NCBI GenBank assembly: GCA_001028815.1
Contig: LDJB01000004.1
Span: 147,123 to 211,122 of the forward strand
DNA length: 64,000 nucleotides
Source: Peptococcaceae bacterium 1109
Lineage (GTDB): Bacteria > Bacillota > Limnochordia > Darwinibacteriales > Darwinibacteriaceae
Reading direction: 5' to 3'
The notes beneath the pieces are model-generated. The model was not told the DNA's origin and ran no database searches. It saw only the letters and a program-made list of their open reading frames with translations. Positions 1 through 12,670 of the stretch are shown here, one piece after another. Within the stretch, counting starts at the first letter, position 1; every line of letters begins with the position of its first letter. Position numbers and translations under genes: made by a program.

Positions 1-815
1 TAGGAATCTCCCCTGAACTTGAGGGAGAAGAGGGAGATGCGGCCAACTCCGATGGAGGTGGCGACCGTACACGGCTTGGCCTTCCGGGCGTGCAAGAAGA
101 TCTCCTCAAGGCCATCCATGCCACGGGCAAGCCCATTGTCCTCGTGCTGTTTAGCGGAAGCCCCCTTGCAGTGAACTGGGCACAAGAGCATATTCCTGCA
201 ATCATCCAGGCGTGGTATCCAGGTGAAGAAGGCGGCAGCGCCTTGGCAGATATCATCTTCGGGGATTACAGCCCCGCGGGGCGCCTGCCCGTAACCTTCG
301 TTAAGTCAGTGGACGATCTGCCGGATATCACAGATTACTCCATGGCGGGAAGGACCTACCGGTATATGGAAAAGGAACCCCTCTACCCCTTCGGCTACGG
401 CCTCAGTTACACAGAGTTTGCATATGCCAACCTTAAGGTCCCCGCATCGGCAGAAGTAGGCCAAGTAATAGAGGTGACTGTTGATGTAACCAATGTGGGC
501 AAGCGGGCGGGGCATGAGGTGGCCCAGCTGTATGTACGGGCCCTCGATGCCAAGGTAAAGACGCCATTTCATTCCCTCCAGGGTTTCGCCAAAGTCTACC
601 TCCAACCGGGGGAGACTGCCAATGTGAAATTCTCTCTAGCCCCACGGCAGCTGGCAGTGTTCTGTGAGGACGGCAGCTGCAGAGTTGAGCCAGGCAGGTA
701 TCTCCTCTTTGCAGGGGGATGTGCCCCCGATGCCAGAAGCGCTGCTCTAACAGGCAGTACTCCCCTCCAGGGAGAGCTTAAGCTCGTGGGAGAACCTCTG
801 AACCTGCCGGTTTGA
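1..815 (+). CDS. Glycoside hydrolase family 3 (beta-glucosidase/beta-xylosidase type), C-terminal part; the 5' end lies left of the window
   Basis: Frame 3 is open from nt 3 (GISPELEGEEGDAANSDGGGDRTRLGLPGVQEDLLKAI...), upstream of the GTG at 90 given in the track. Motifs KPIVLVLFSGSPL, QAWYPGEEGG.ALADIIFGDYSPAGRLPVTF and PFGYGLSYTEF are typical of the GH3 C-terminal region. Confidence 0.85.
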   Translation, partial: GISPELEGEEGDAANSDGGGDRTRLGLPGVQEDLLKAIHATGKPIVLVLFSGSPLAVNWAQEHIPAIIQAWYPGEEGGSALADIIFGDYSPAGRLPVTFVKSVDDLPDITDYSMAGRTYRYMEKEPLYPFGYGLSYTEFAYANLKVPASAEVGQVIEVTVDVTNVGKRAGHEVAQLYVRALDAKVKTPFHSLQGFAKVYLQPGETANVKFSLAPRQLAVFCEDGSCRVEPGRYLLFAGGCAPDARSAALTGSTPLQGELKLVGEPLNLPV

Positions 816-842
816 GCGGGGCCACGGCGGCCTTGGATCAAT

Positions 843-872
843 TTGACCTCCCACGTAATTAATGTATATAAT
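843..872 (+). promoter_or_regulatory. Sigma-A-type promoter candidate for the PFOR gene
   Basis: TTGACC (843-848), an 18-nt spacer, then TATAAT (867-872) with TG at 863-864. It lies about 190 nt upstream of the start codon. Confidence 0.5.
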
Positions 873-969
873 GGGAAGGGATCAGCCGGTTTGTGGCGAA
901 AGAACAAGCAGGATTGGACCTCAGCCTGTCTTTGTGGGCACCGTCACGCACCAGTTCTTGCCACATTAA

Positions 970-4587
<3,618 letters not shown>

Positions 4588-4596
4588 GAACCCATG

Positions 4597-4626
4597 TAAA
4601 AAAAGCCCCCGCTCGGGGGCTTTTTG
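4597..4626. terminator. Bidirectional rho-independent terminator between nifJ and the convergent hydrolase gene
   Basis: aaaaaaAGCCCCCgctcGGGGGCTtttt: a GC-rich stem flanked by an A-run and a T-run. Confidence 0.8.
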
Positions 4627-4627
4627 C

Positions 4628-5113
4628 TTATGAAGCAAAGACGTGATCGCCGATCTGTAGTTTAACCTGCCTGGTCCAAACCCAACTTGTGGGGGGTACC
4701 TTCCGCGGATTCCAGAAAAACAGCGCTCCATCGGTAGGATCGTGCCCCGTCAAGGCCTCAAGCACCGCCTGATACGCTAGGTTGTTGGGGAGCATATTGA
4801 TACTGCCGTTCGCGACAACTTCAAACTGGCGAGGCTGGTAGATAACTCCCCACAGAGTATTGGGGAAATCAGGATGTTTCAGCCGGTTGAGGGCGACCGC
4901 GGCCACGGCTACCTGGCCCAAGTATGGCTCTCCCCGGGCCTCAGCGTGAACCAAGCGGGCAAGCAGTTTAATCTCTTCCAGCTGTTCCCCGGTGTACTCG
5001 TCCTCGGGCAGGACAAAGCCCCCGTCCACAGAGGGCAGCACTGGAGCTGATGACACTCTCTTCCCCCCTTCCATCCCAAGGCTGCATACCTGTGTTAAGA
5101 TATGCAGCGGCAC
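4628..5113 (-). CDS. Cell wall hydrolase, SleB/CwlJ family (Hydrolase_2); germination-type lytic enzyme
   Basis: LLARLVHAEARGEPYLGQVAVAAVALNRL...PNTLWGVIYQPRQFE is the SleB/CwlJ catalytic-domain signature. The start is uncertain. GTG 5113, ATG 5074 and GTG 5056 are candidates; only the last has a purine-rich SD-like run upstream. Confidence 0.8.
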   Translation of the reverse strand: MPLHILTQVCSLGMEGGKRVSSAPVLPSVDGGFVLPEDEYTGEQLEEIKLLARLVHAEARGEPYLGQVAVAAVALNRLKHPDFPNTLWGVIYQPRQFEVVANGSINMLPNNLAYQAVLEALTGHDPTDGALFFWNPRKVPPTSWVWTRQVKLQIGDHVFAS

Positions 5114-5149
5114 GATGGATGGGTATGGGCCCTCAGCCCCATCCCTCAG

Positions 5150-6370
5150 CTAAACGAATGGATCGGCCCAGCGGTCGTTAGGCAAGAGTGGATACCAGCC
5201 AGGGCGCCTTGAGTCCCGATCGTAGCAATAGGCGCCCAGCTCTTTATATAGTTCTGCGTATTCACCTAGGCGATCCCGGTCAAGGGTAACGCCAAGGCCG
5301 GGCCCATCGGGGACCTTAATCTGACCGTTCTCGTACTGCATCTTACCCCCCGCGATCACATCATCCCGCAGGTGGTGGTAATGGGCATCAATAGCCAAGG
5401 TAAGATTGGGCAAGACAGCTGCCAGGTGAAGCATGGTGCTAAGCTGAACTCCCAGCTCCCCAGAGGAGTGGACGGAGATGCCAAGCTGGAAGGTGTCGCA
5501 TATAGCTGCTGCTTTCACACAAGCCCTAATTCCGCCCCAGAACGTGGTGTCCAGGAGAATAACGTCAACAGCTGGGTGAAGGACGTTTTGGGCAAGTTGT
5601 TCGAAGTTGACCACCACCGTATTGGTTGCCAAGGGCACGGTTGTCTTCTCCCGCACTCTCCGCATGCCGTTAAGCCCCCAGGTAGGATCTTCCAGGTAAT
5701 CGTTGCGGATAGATTCTATTTGCTTAGCAAACCAGATGCTGTCTTCCACGCTCCAACAGGCATTGGGATCAATGCGGAAGCGATCCTGGGGAAACTCAGA
5801 GGCTAGTGCCTTGTACGCCTCCAGCTCATACTCCGGGGGGAAGACCCCGGCTTTCAGTTTGTGGGTGGCAAAGCCGTACCGTTTCTTAAGATCCCGGGTA
5901 TGTTCAACAAGCTGGTCAATGGTGCGCACTTCGGGGACCTTAAGATCATCGCTTTCGTAGCGGAAGAACAGGTAGCTAGCAAAGTTTATCTTGTCCCTAA
6001 GCTTTCCCCCGATCAGGTTATAAACGGGCTGCCCAAGCTTTTGGCCGATAATGTCAAGGCAGGCAAACTCGATGGCTGCCATATACTGCATGCGGTTATT
6101 GTACAGGCTTGCGGTGGGATTGCAGATCTTGTAGCGCAAGGCTTCCAGTTGAAAGGGATCATGGCCGACTAGGTAGTCTTTCAGCCGCCTAAACTGAAGC
6201 TCAGCGCCTTCGCCGCCGCCCCCAACTTCCCCCAGGCCAACAATACCCTCATCAGTCACCACCTCAACAATGGTCCGCACAAAGCGTCCCCAGTGCTCGC
6301 CATTGCTGTGCCTGAGAGGGGCTTCCAGGGGAACACTCACAGTGGTCGGTATGATATCTACAATTTTCAC
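5150..6370 (-). CDS. Enolase-superfamily dehydratase (mandelate racemase/muconate-lactonizing family, glucarate-dehydratase-like)
   Basis: 406 aa. N-terminal capping domain ([15 protein letters not shown]...GLGEVGGG), a barrel with FRIDPN, and a C-terminal HSSGELGV...[12 protein letters not shown] block resembling GudD-type acid-sugar dehydratases. Confidence 0.8.
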   Translation of the reverse strand: MKIVDIIPTTVSVPLEAPLRHSNGEHWGRFVRTIVEVVTDEGIVGLGEVGGGGEGAELQFRRLKDYLVGHDPFQLEALRYKICNPTASLYNNRMQYMAAIEFACLDIIGQKLGQPVYNLIGGKLRDKINFASYLFFRYESDDLKVPEVRTIDQLVEHTRDLKKRYGFATHKLKAGVFPPEYELEAYKALASEFPQDRFRIDPNACWSVEDSIWFAKQIESIRNDYLEDPTWGLNGMRRVREKTTVPLATNTVVVNFEQLAQNVLHPAVDVILLDTTFWGGIRACVKAAAICDTFQLGISVHSSGELGVQLSTMLHLAAVLPNLTLAIDAHYHHLRDDVIAGGKMQYENGQIKVPDGPGLGVTLDRDRLGEYAELYKELGAYCYDRDSRRPGWYPLLPNDRWADPFV

Positions 6371-6382
6371 GCTGATCCCACC

Positions 6383-7063
6383 TTATGGATGTGCGAAATA
6401 TTCCGGAAAATCTCTCAGGAGCAGCTTCCGTTCCACAATCACCATGCGGAGATGTTCCTGCATGATCTGGGCTGCAACCTCGTGATTGCCCTCCTTAACC
6501 GCCTGGAGGACAGCTTTGTGCTGGGCGATAATTGTATCCCAGTCATAGTGGTGCGACAGGCGCAATACCCGCAGCCGGAAGAAATCGTTGTTCAGCTGGC
6601 TCACCATCTGCCACGTCCGTTCTTGTCCGGCGATGCGAAACAGAGTCGCATGGAAGCGCTCGTCTAAAGACAGCATCTGCAGGTAACTCTGGTTCTCATG
6701 GCAGACTTCCTGCTGGGCCAAGTTAGACTCTAAATGGACGATATCATCGCGGGTCAATTCCCCGCAAATCTCCCGCACAACGGCCATCTCCAAGACTTCC
6801 CGGACAAAGCGCCCTTCATCGACGTGGGCTAAGTTTATCAAGGAAACATAAGTACCCCGCTGGGGATAAATCTCCACCAACCCGTCCTGAAACAAACGGA
6901 CAAATACTTCACGCACTGGCGTGCGGCTCACCTGAAACCGTTCGGAGACTTCTTGCTCAGACATTTTCGTGCCCGGCTTGAGGACGAGGTGGAGGATGTC
7001 ATGCCTCAACTTTCTGTACACCATCTCCCGGGCTGAACTTCGGCTTGCATATGCTGCTTCCAC
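6383..7063 (-). CDS. GntR-family transcriptional regulator with FadR-type (FCD) C-terminal domain
   Basis: wHTH SEQEVSERFQVSRTPVREVFVRLFQDGLVEIYPQRGTYV followed by an all-helical FCD-like domain. The start may be ATG 7024 (MVYRKLRHDI) rather than GTG 7063. Confidence 0.85.
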   Translation of the reverse strand: MEAAYASRSSAREMVYRKLRHDILHLVLKPGTKMSEQEVSERFQVSRTPVREVFVRLFQDGLVEIYPQRGTYVSLINLAHVDEGRFVREVLEMAVVREICGELTRDDIVHLESNLAQQEVCHENQSYLQMLSLDERFHATLFRIAGQERTWQMVSQLNNDFFRLRVLRLSHHYDWDTIIAQHKAVLQAVKEGNHEVAAQIMQEHLRMVIVERKLLLRDFPEYFAHP

Positions 7064-7082
7064 TCAACTCGACTCCCTTTAC

Positions 7083-7096
7083 ACTACCATGGTAGT
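7083..7096. promoter_or_regulatory. Perfect 14-bp palindrome ACTACCATGGTAGT, candidate GntR/FadR-type operator
   Basis: Self-complementary. It contains the GT...AC half-site style of FadR-subfamily operators and lies just downstream of the -10 of the regulator's own promoter. Confidence 0.45.
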
Positions 7097-7104
7097 ATAC
7101 TGTA

Positions 7105-7133
7105 ATCATAACTAGCATTTAACTTAATGTCAA
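7105..7133 (-). promoter_or_regulatory. Sigma-A-type promoter for the GntR-dehydratase operon
   Basis: The minus strand reads TTGACA (7133-7128), a 17-nt spacer, then TATGAT (7110-7105). Confidence 0.5.
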
Positions 7134-7242
7134 CCCTCTTGTCTAAACCCTTACGGGAAATCTCCCCCGCGGTGGGCCGGCAGGAAGAGGAGAGTTCTTG
7201 TCAAAGATATATGGGTGATACCCCATACAAGGAGGAAAAGCG

Positions 7243-7953
7243 ATGCCTACACCGCATAATGCAGCCCAAGTAGGAGACATTGCCAAGACGGTCTTGATGC
7301 CTGGCGACCCTTTGCGGGCCAAGTTTATTGCTGAGAACTTCCTCGAGAATGTGAAATGCTACAACGAGATTCGCGGCATGCTGGGCTTTACCGGCGAGTA
7401 CAAGGGCGTCCCCGTTTCTGTCCAGGGCCACGGCATGGGTATGCCCTCCATCGGAATCTACACATACGAGCTTTTCAATATGTACGGAGTGGAGAACATC
7501 ATCCGGGTCGGATCCTGCGGTGCCATCGAACCTGGAGTAGAGATCATGGATCTGGTCTTCGCTCAAGGTGCCTGCACCGATTCAAACTACGCGGCCCAGT
7601 ACCGCCTGCCAGGCACCTACGCCCCTATTGCTAGCTTTGAGCTGTTAGAAAAAGCAGTGAACATCGCCAGGGAAAAGAATCACCGTTACTTCGTGGGCAA
7701 CGTCTTAGCATCTGATTTGTTCTACGCCGACCATAAGGCGACCCTGGATTGGCAGAAGATGGGCGTCTTGGCAGTGGAAATGGAAGCTGCTGCCCTTTAC
7801 ATGAATGCCGCTCGAGCCAAGAAGCGGGCCCTGTGCATCTTAACTGTTTCAGATGAGATCTACAGCGGCCGGGAGATCTCCGCCCACGAGCGCCAGGTCG
7901 GTTTTACCTCGATGATGGAAACGGCTTTGGAACTGGCGGTGCAAATCTCATAG
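7243..7953 (+). CDS. deoD: Purine nucleoside phosphorylase, DeoD type
   Basis: MPTPHNAAQVGDIAKTVLMPGDPLRAKFIAENFL...GFTGEYKGVPVSVQGHGMGMPS and VEMEAAALY motifs; 236 aa; SD AAGGAGG upstream. Confidence 0.9.
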   Translation: MPTPHNAAQVGDIAKTVLMPGDPLRAKFIAENFLENVKCYNEIRGMLGFTGEYKGVPVSVQGHGMGMPSIGIYTYELFNMYGVENIIRVGSCGAIEPGVEIMDLVFAQGACTDSNYAAQYRLPGTYAPIASFELLEKAVNIAREKNHRYFVGNVLASDLFYADHKATLDWQKMGVLAVEMEAAALYMNAARAKKRALCILTVSDEIYSGREISAHERQVGFTSMMETALELAVQIS

Positions 7954-7977
7954 TTGGAAAGGTGAATCGCCCCTGTT

Positions 7978-9228
7978 ATGAAGAGACCTTTTGTCAGTGC
8001 CGAGCAACTTCGGCACATCGTAGAAGAGCACCCCACCCCATTCCATCTGTATGACGAGGCTGGAATTAGAAAGAATGCTCGGCGGCTTAACAAGGCCTTC
8101 GCTTGGAATCCTGGCTTTAGGGAATATTTCGCGGTGAAGGCCACGCCTAACCCCCGCATTCTCCAGATTCTTCAAGAGGAAGGGTGCGGCGTTGACTGTG
8201 CAACCTTAACGGAACTGCTCCTCGCGGAGGCAGTAGGCTTCTCCGGCAGGGAGATGATGTTCTCTTCGAATATGACTCCCTTCCAGGATTTTGCCTACGC
8301 GTACGGATTGGGGGCCATCCTGAACCTCGATGATATCAGCGACATCGACTACTTAGAGCGACTGCCTAATATCCCCGAACTAGTCTGCTGCCGCTACAAC
8401 CCTGGAGGCGACTTCTCGTTAAGCAATGAGATCATGGACACTCCTGGAGAGGCAAAGTACGGGTTTACCAGGGAACAGCTAACCACAGGCTACCGCAGGC
8501 TCATGGATCTGGGAGTGCGAAAGTTTGGCCTGCACGCCTTCCTTGCGAGCAACACCACAAACAGCGAATACTATCCTGTCCTAGCCCGTTTGCTCTTTGA
8601 GACAGCAGTGGAACTCCACAAAGAAACAGGCGCAGAAATCAGCTTGATCAACTTATCTGGTGGCATCGGCATCCCCTATCGCCCCCATGAACAGCCTGTA
8701 GATATCGAGGCTGTGGGGGAAGGAGTACGCCAAGCCTATGCTGAGGTCCTAGCCCCTGCGGGCTTGGAGAACGTGGCAATCGCCGCAGAGCTTGGCCGCT
8801 ACATGCTAGGCCCTTACGGCTGCCTAGTGGCTACTGCCATCCGCCAGAAGGAGACCTATAAGCATTACATCGGCCTTGATGCCTGCGCAGCAAACCTCAT
8901 GCGGCCAGCTATGTACCGGGCCTACCACCATATCACAGTGGCAGGCAAGGAAGATTGGCCTTGCGATCACGTCTATGACGTTGTGGGAGGCTTGTGTGAA
9001 AACAACGATAAGTTCGCGATTGACCGGCCTCTCCCCAGAATCGAACTGGGCGATCTGGTAGTAATCCACGACACAGGGGCACACGGTTTTTCCATGGGCT
9101 ATAATTACAACGGCAAGCTCCGTTCAGCTGAGCTCTTGCTTAGGGCCGACGGCAGCGTGGAACTTATCCGGCGGGCAGAAACACCTGCGGACTACTTCGC
9201 CACCCTGGAACTCCCGATCCGCAAGTAA
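7978..9228 (+). CDS. Type III PLP-dependent decarboxylase (Orn/DAP/Arg decarboxylase family 2, diaminopimelate-decarboxylase-like)
   Basis: FAVKATPNP (PLP lysine), SGGIGIPY, GGLCENNDKF and HDTGAHGFSMGYNYN motifs. Substrate cannot be assigned from sequence alone. Confidence 0.8.
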   Translation: MKRPFVSAEQLRHIVEEHPTPFHLYDEAGIRKNARRLNKAFAWNPGFREYFAVKATPNPRILQILQEEGCGVDCATLTELLLAEAVGFSGREMMFSSNMTPFQDFAYAYGLGAILNLDDISDIDYLERLPNIPELVCCRYNPGGDFSLSNEIMDTPGEAKYGFTREQLTTGYRRLMDLGVRKFGLHAFLASNTTNSEYYPVLARLLFETAVELHKETGAEISLINLSGGIGIPYRPHEQPVDIEAVGEGVRQAYAEVLAPAGLENVAIAAELGRYMLGPYGCLVATAIRQKETYKHYIGLDACAANLMRPAMYRAYHHITVAGKEDWPCDHVYDVVGGLCENNDKFAIDRPLPRIELGDLVVIHDTGAHGFSMGYNYNGKLRSAELLLRADGSVELIRRAETPADYFATLELPIRK

Positions 9229-9232
9229 AACC

Positions 9233-9268
9233 AACACCCAACCGCCTTGAGCAGGTTGGGTGTTTCTC
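9233..9268. terminator. Hairpin terminator between convergent decarboxylase and msrA genes
   Basis: AACACCCAACC-(10 nt)-GGTTGGGTGTT followed by tctct. Confidence 0.6.
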
Positions 9269-9271
9269 TGC

Positions 9272-9802
9272 CTACTCTTTCAGGAGATGGGCAAACTTAG
9301 ATCTGAACTTCGCCACCTTGGGAGCAATCACCATCTTACAGTAGGCCTGCTGAGGATTGTGCGCGAAATAATCCCGGTGATAGTCCTCCGCGGGGTAGAA
9401 ATCAGTCATGGGGCTGATCTCCGTCACGATCGTGCCTTCCCACAACTGGGCCGCCTCATCCCGCACCCGTTCCGCAGTTTGCTGTTGTTCGGGGCTGTGA
9501 TAGAAGATCACCGATCGGTATTGAGTGCCGATATCATCCCCCTGGCGGTTCAGGGTGGTGGGATCGTGGACGCTGAAGAATACCTGCACTAACTGCTCAT
9601 AGCTGATAGTCTCTGGGTCAAAGGTGACCTGCACCACTTCTGCATGTCCTGTTGTATCCGTACAAACCTGCTCATAAGTGGGATTGGGAACGTGCCCGCC
9701 AGCATAACCTGGTTCGGCACTGATTACCCCTTTAAGGCTGGCAAACACCGCCTCCGAACACCAAAAGCAGCCGCAGCCGAAGGTGGCCTGCTCTCTTTTC
9801 AT
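9272..9802 (-). CDS. msrA: Peptide-methionine (S)-S-oxide reductase
   Basis: ATFGCGCFWC catalytic motif, GYAGG, GHAEVVQVTFDP and NRQGDDIGTQYRS. ATG 9802 (MKREQATF, SD GAGGAG upstream) is preferred over the track start 9892. Confidence 0.9.
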   Translation of the reverse strand: MKREQATFGCGCFWCSEAVFASLKGVISAEPGYAGGHVPNPTYEQVCTDTTGHAEVVQVTFDPETISYEQLVQVFFSVHDPTTLNRQGDDIGTQYRSVIFYHSPEQQQTAERVRDEAAQLWEGTIVTEISPMTDFYPAEDYHRDYFAHNPQQAYCKMVIAPKVAKFRSKFAHLLKE

Positions 9803-9849
9803 AGCTTCACTCCTCTGTTCATATTTCTCTGGTACAAGAAGGTGAGATC

Positions 9850-10614
9850 TTGGCAAGCATCTATGATTTCCCGAAATACTACGACATCGCATTCTCTTAC
9901 CGGGACACAGCTCGAGAGGCTGCTGTTATGCAGGCCGCAATCGAACTCTTCTCCCACATCCCTGTACAAAAGGCCTTAGAAATCGCCTGCGGGCACAGCC
10001 CCCACCTTGAGCATATCCTCCGTTTGGGCTATGAATACCACGGGCTGGATCTAAGCACCTCCATGCTGGATTATGCGGAGGCGAAGGCTGCAGCCTTGGG
10101 ATTTTCAGCAAAGCTTTTCCAAGCTGACCTAGCAGACTTCACCCTCCCAGAGCCCGTGGATTTCGCCTACATCATGCTGGGTTCTTTGTATGTGCAAACA
10201 ACCGAGCAGCTGCTTTCCCACTTTGCATCGGTGGAGCGGGCCCTCAAGCCAGGGGGCCTGTACTTCTTAGACTGGTGCATTGATTTCTCGCCCCTCACCA
10301 ACACTCGGGATGCTTGGTCATGCCGCCGGAACGGCGTAGAGGTCAAGGTTCGCTACACCACCAAACTCCTCCACCCCGCCAGGCAGCACTATGAGGAAAG
10401 CTTGTACGCGGACGTACGAGATGGCAAGCACCGCCTCCACTTGAGCCACTCCAACATCCGGCGGGCCATCTATCCCCAGGAGTTCATGCTCGCGGCAACC
10501 CATCTCCACCGATTTGAACTTGTGGGCTGGTGGAACGACTGGGACTTCAGTGCACCCTTAGACCAAGTGACCCACGGCATCGTCCGCCCCATCACCATCT
10601 TACGCCGCCTCTAG
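9850..10614 (+). CDS. Class I SAM-dependent methyltransferase
   Basis: Motif I ALEIACGHSP followed by an acidic loop YHGLDLSTSML, plus LKPGGLYFLD. TTG start with SD AAGGTGAG. Confidence 0.75.
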   Translation: MASIYDFPKYYDIAFSYRDTAREAAVMQAAIELFSHIPVQKALEIACGHSPHLEHILRLGYEYHGLDLSTSMLDYAEAKAAALGFSAKLFQADLADFTLPEPVDFAYIMLGSLYVQTTEQLLSHFASVERALKPGGLYFLDWCIDFSPLTNTRDAWSCRRNGVEVKVRYTTKLLHPARQHYEESLYADVRDGKHRLHLSHSNIRRAIYPQEFMLAATHLHRFELVGWWNDWDFSAPLDQVTHGIVRPITILRRL

Positions 10615-12620
10615 GCTTCTTTGAGGTGTTTATCAAACCACTGGGTGATTTCCCGCAGGCGCCGGATGCGGTGTTTGGGCTTACCGCTCCTACTGAGCTC
10701 GTGGTTTTCACCCCGGAACATGCACAGGCGTGCCTCTACCCCGTGGTACCTTAGGGCAGCAAACATCTGCAATGCTTCCGGCAGCCAACAGCGGTAGTCT
10801 TCATCAGAATGGATGAAGAGCGTAGGGGTCTTGGCTTTATCTGCGTACTTCAGCGGCGAATGTTCCCAGAGCTTCTCCAGATCGCTCCAGGGCGTAGCGC
10901 CAATTTGGTCTGGGGTAAAGTAGTAACCTATATCTGTGGTCCAACCCATGGACACCCAGTTAGAAATGCTGCGCTGAGAAGCAGCGGCGCGAAAGCGCGT
11001 GGTATGGCCTATAATCCAGTTGGTCATGAAACCACCGTAGGACCCGCCTGTAACCCCCAGGCGGCTTGGATCGATGGCGGGATAGCGGCGCAAGACTTCA
11101 TCGGTAAAAGCCATAAGGTCCTGATAATCAATGGTTCCATACTTGCCGCGGATGTCTGCGAAGGCATTCCCCTTCCCATCGCTTCCTCTAGGGTTACAGA
11201 AGAACACAAAATAGCCCTGGTTGGCCCAATACTGCATCTCGTGGACAAATACTGTGCCGTAAGCAGTCTTGGGGCCTCCATGGATGTTCAAGATCCCTGG
11301 ATACCTCTCCCCTTCTACAAAGCCTACAGGGCGCATCACCCAACCATCAATGGCCACTCCCGGGGCGGTCTCTACCACCACGGGCTCCAATTGAGCTAAA
11401 CAGCGTTCCTTGCCCACCCAGGCGTTGAATTCTGTCACCTGGGTTTCTTCTCCCCCCTCTAGGCGGTAGATCTCTTGTAGCTTGCTGCCGCGCAAGGCGA
11501 TGATGAGCACTCGATCACCGTGCACCGCAAACCCGTCTACAGATCCAGGCTCCTGGGTGAGCTGTTCCACTCGCCCATCCCCAGCAATGCGGTACAGATG
11601 AGCGTCGTTTCCCCTGGTTGAGGCAAAATACAACCAGCCCTCGTGAAACCTAAAGGCATCAGAACCACCATAACGGCAGTCAGAGTTCACCGAATTCCAC
11701 AGACTCTGGTCCCAGTCTTCAGTGAGGAGCTCCTGCTCTCCGGTTGCCAAATCAACACGGTAGAACTTGGGATTCTCGTTCAGGCCGTAGGCTTGCATCC
11801 CGCTGCCTGCAGCCAGGGCCTTGCCCTCATCGAGGAAATGGGCATAGGTGTAGCGGAAACCCTCGTCCCCTGCGACTTGGGTGCACGTGCCAGCCTCCAG
11901 ATCGAGGACGTATAGGCTATTGCTCACGGGCCCCTTACCCTGAAATTCCGCACCTACACAGAGCGCCTTTGTCTTATCGGCGCTTAAGGTAACCAGGTCG
12001 ATATCAATGGGGCCTGGAGTGAGATCGGTCAGCTGGCCGGTGCTGGCGATGTACTGGAATACATGGGTGCGGTTTAGGCTGATAAAGCCTCCCCCATTGG
12101 CCCAGTAGGGGATTTCCTCCAGTACTTCACAATACCGCTCCTCTGCGGCCTGCTCTTCCTGGGCCTTCCGTTCCTCACTACTGAGGGTGTAAGCAGGGGG
12201 CCGGCCAAGATTAATGGTGCCTAAGACAAGGAACTTATCGGGATTGAGCTCATATAGACGCCGTACCCGAAGGGGGATGCGAAACGCTTCTTGTGCTTCC
12301 CCGCCATGGACGTTGATTTTATAGAAAATCGTCTCTTCTCTTCCCCGCTCCGCTCCTTCTTTGTCCTTTTGGCCGCGCTTTCCGGAAAAGAGCATATGCT
12401 CCCCGTCATCCATCCACGAAAAGCTTCTCTCCTCACCTAAGGCCGTGAGCTGATAGAGCTTGTCCCTGGGCTGATCGTAAACCCACAGCACTGAAGTGTA
12501 GTTGTTTTCCTCCACATTCCCTTTGTGCACCGCAAAACAGGCTAGTTCACCTGTGTTGTTGTACGCAATCCCTGACAGAAACCGATATTCTGCAAGATCC
12601 TCTAGCCGAAGCCTTTCCAA
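10611..12620 (-). CDS. S9-family serine peptidase (prolyl oligopeptidase / acylaminoacyl-peptidase type) with N-terminal beta-propeller
   Basis: Catalytic block GVTGGSYGGFMTNW, a later FIHSDEDYRC (Asp) and ENHELS (His); 669 aa. TTG start with GGAGG 8 nt upstream. Confidence 0.85.
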   Translation of the reverse strand: MERLRLEDLAEYRFLSGIAYNNTGELACFAVHKGNVEENNYTSVLWVYDQPRDKLYQLTALGEERSFSWMDDGEHMLFSGKRGQKDKEGAERGREETIFYKINVHGGEAQEAFRIPLRVRRLYELNPDKFLVLGTINLGRPPAYTLSSEERKAQEEQAAEERYCEVLEEIPYWANGGGFISLNRTHVFQYIASTGQLTDLTPGPIDIDLVTLSADKTKALCVGAEFQGKGPVSNSLYVLDLEAGTCTQVAGDEGFRYTYAHFLDEGKALAAGSGMQAYGLNENPKFYRVDLATGEQELLTEDWDQSLWNSVNSDCRYGGSDAFRFHEGWLYFASTRGNDAHLYRIAGDGRVEQLTQEPGSVDGFAVHGDRVLIIALRGSKLQEIYRLEGGEETQVTEFNAWVGKERCLAQLEPVVVETAPGVAIDGWVMRPVGFVEGERYPGILNIHGGPKTAYGTVFVHEMQYWANQGYFVFFCNPRGSDGKGNAFADIRGKYGTIDYQDLMAFTDEVLRRYPAIDPSRLGVTGGSYGGFMTNWIIGHTTRFRAAASQRSISNWVSMGWTTDIGYYFTPDQIGATPWSDLEKLWEHSPLKYADKAKTPTLFIHSDEDYRCWLPEALQMFAALRYHGVEARLCMFRGENHELSRSGKPKHRIRRLREITQWFDKHLKEA

Positions 12621-12670
12621 CTCAGCGCCTCCTCTGAAAGAGCATTAGTCATATATTCCCTGCCCAGGTT

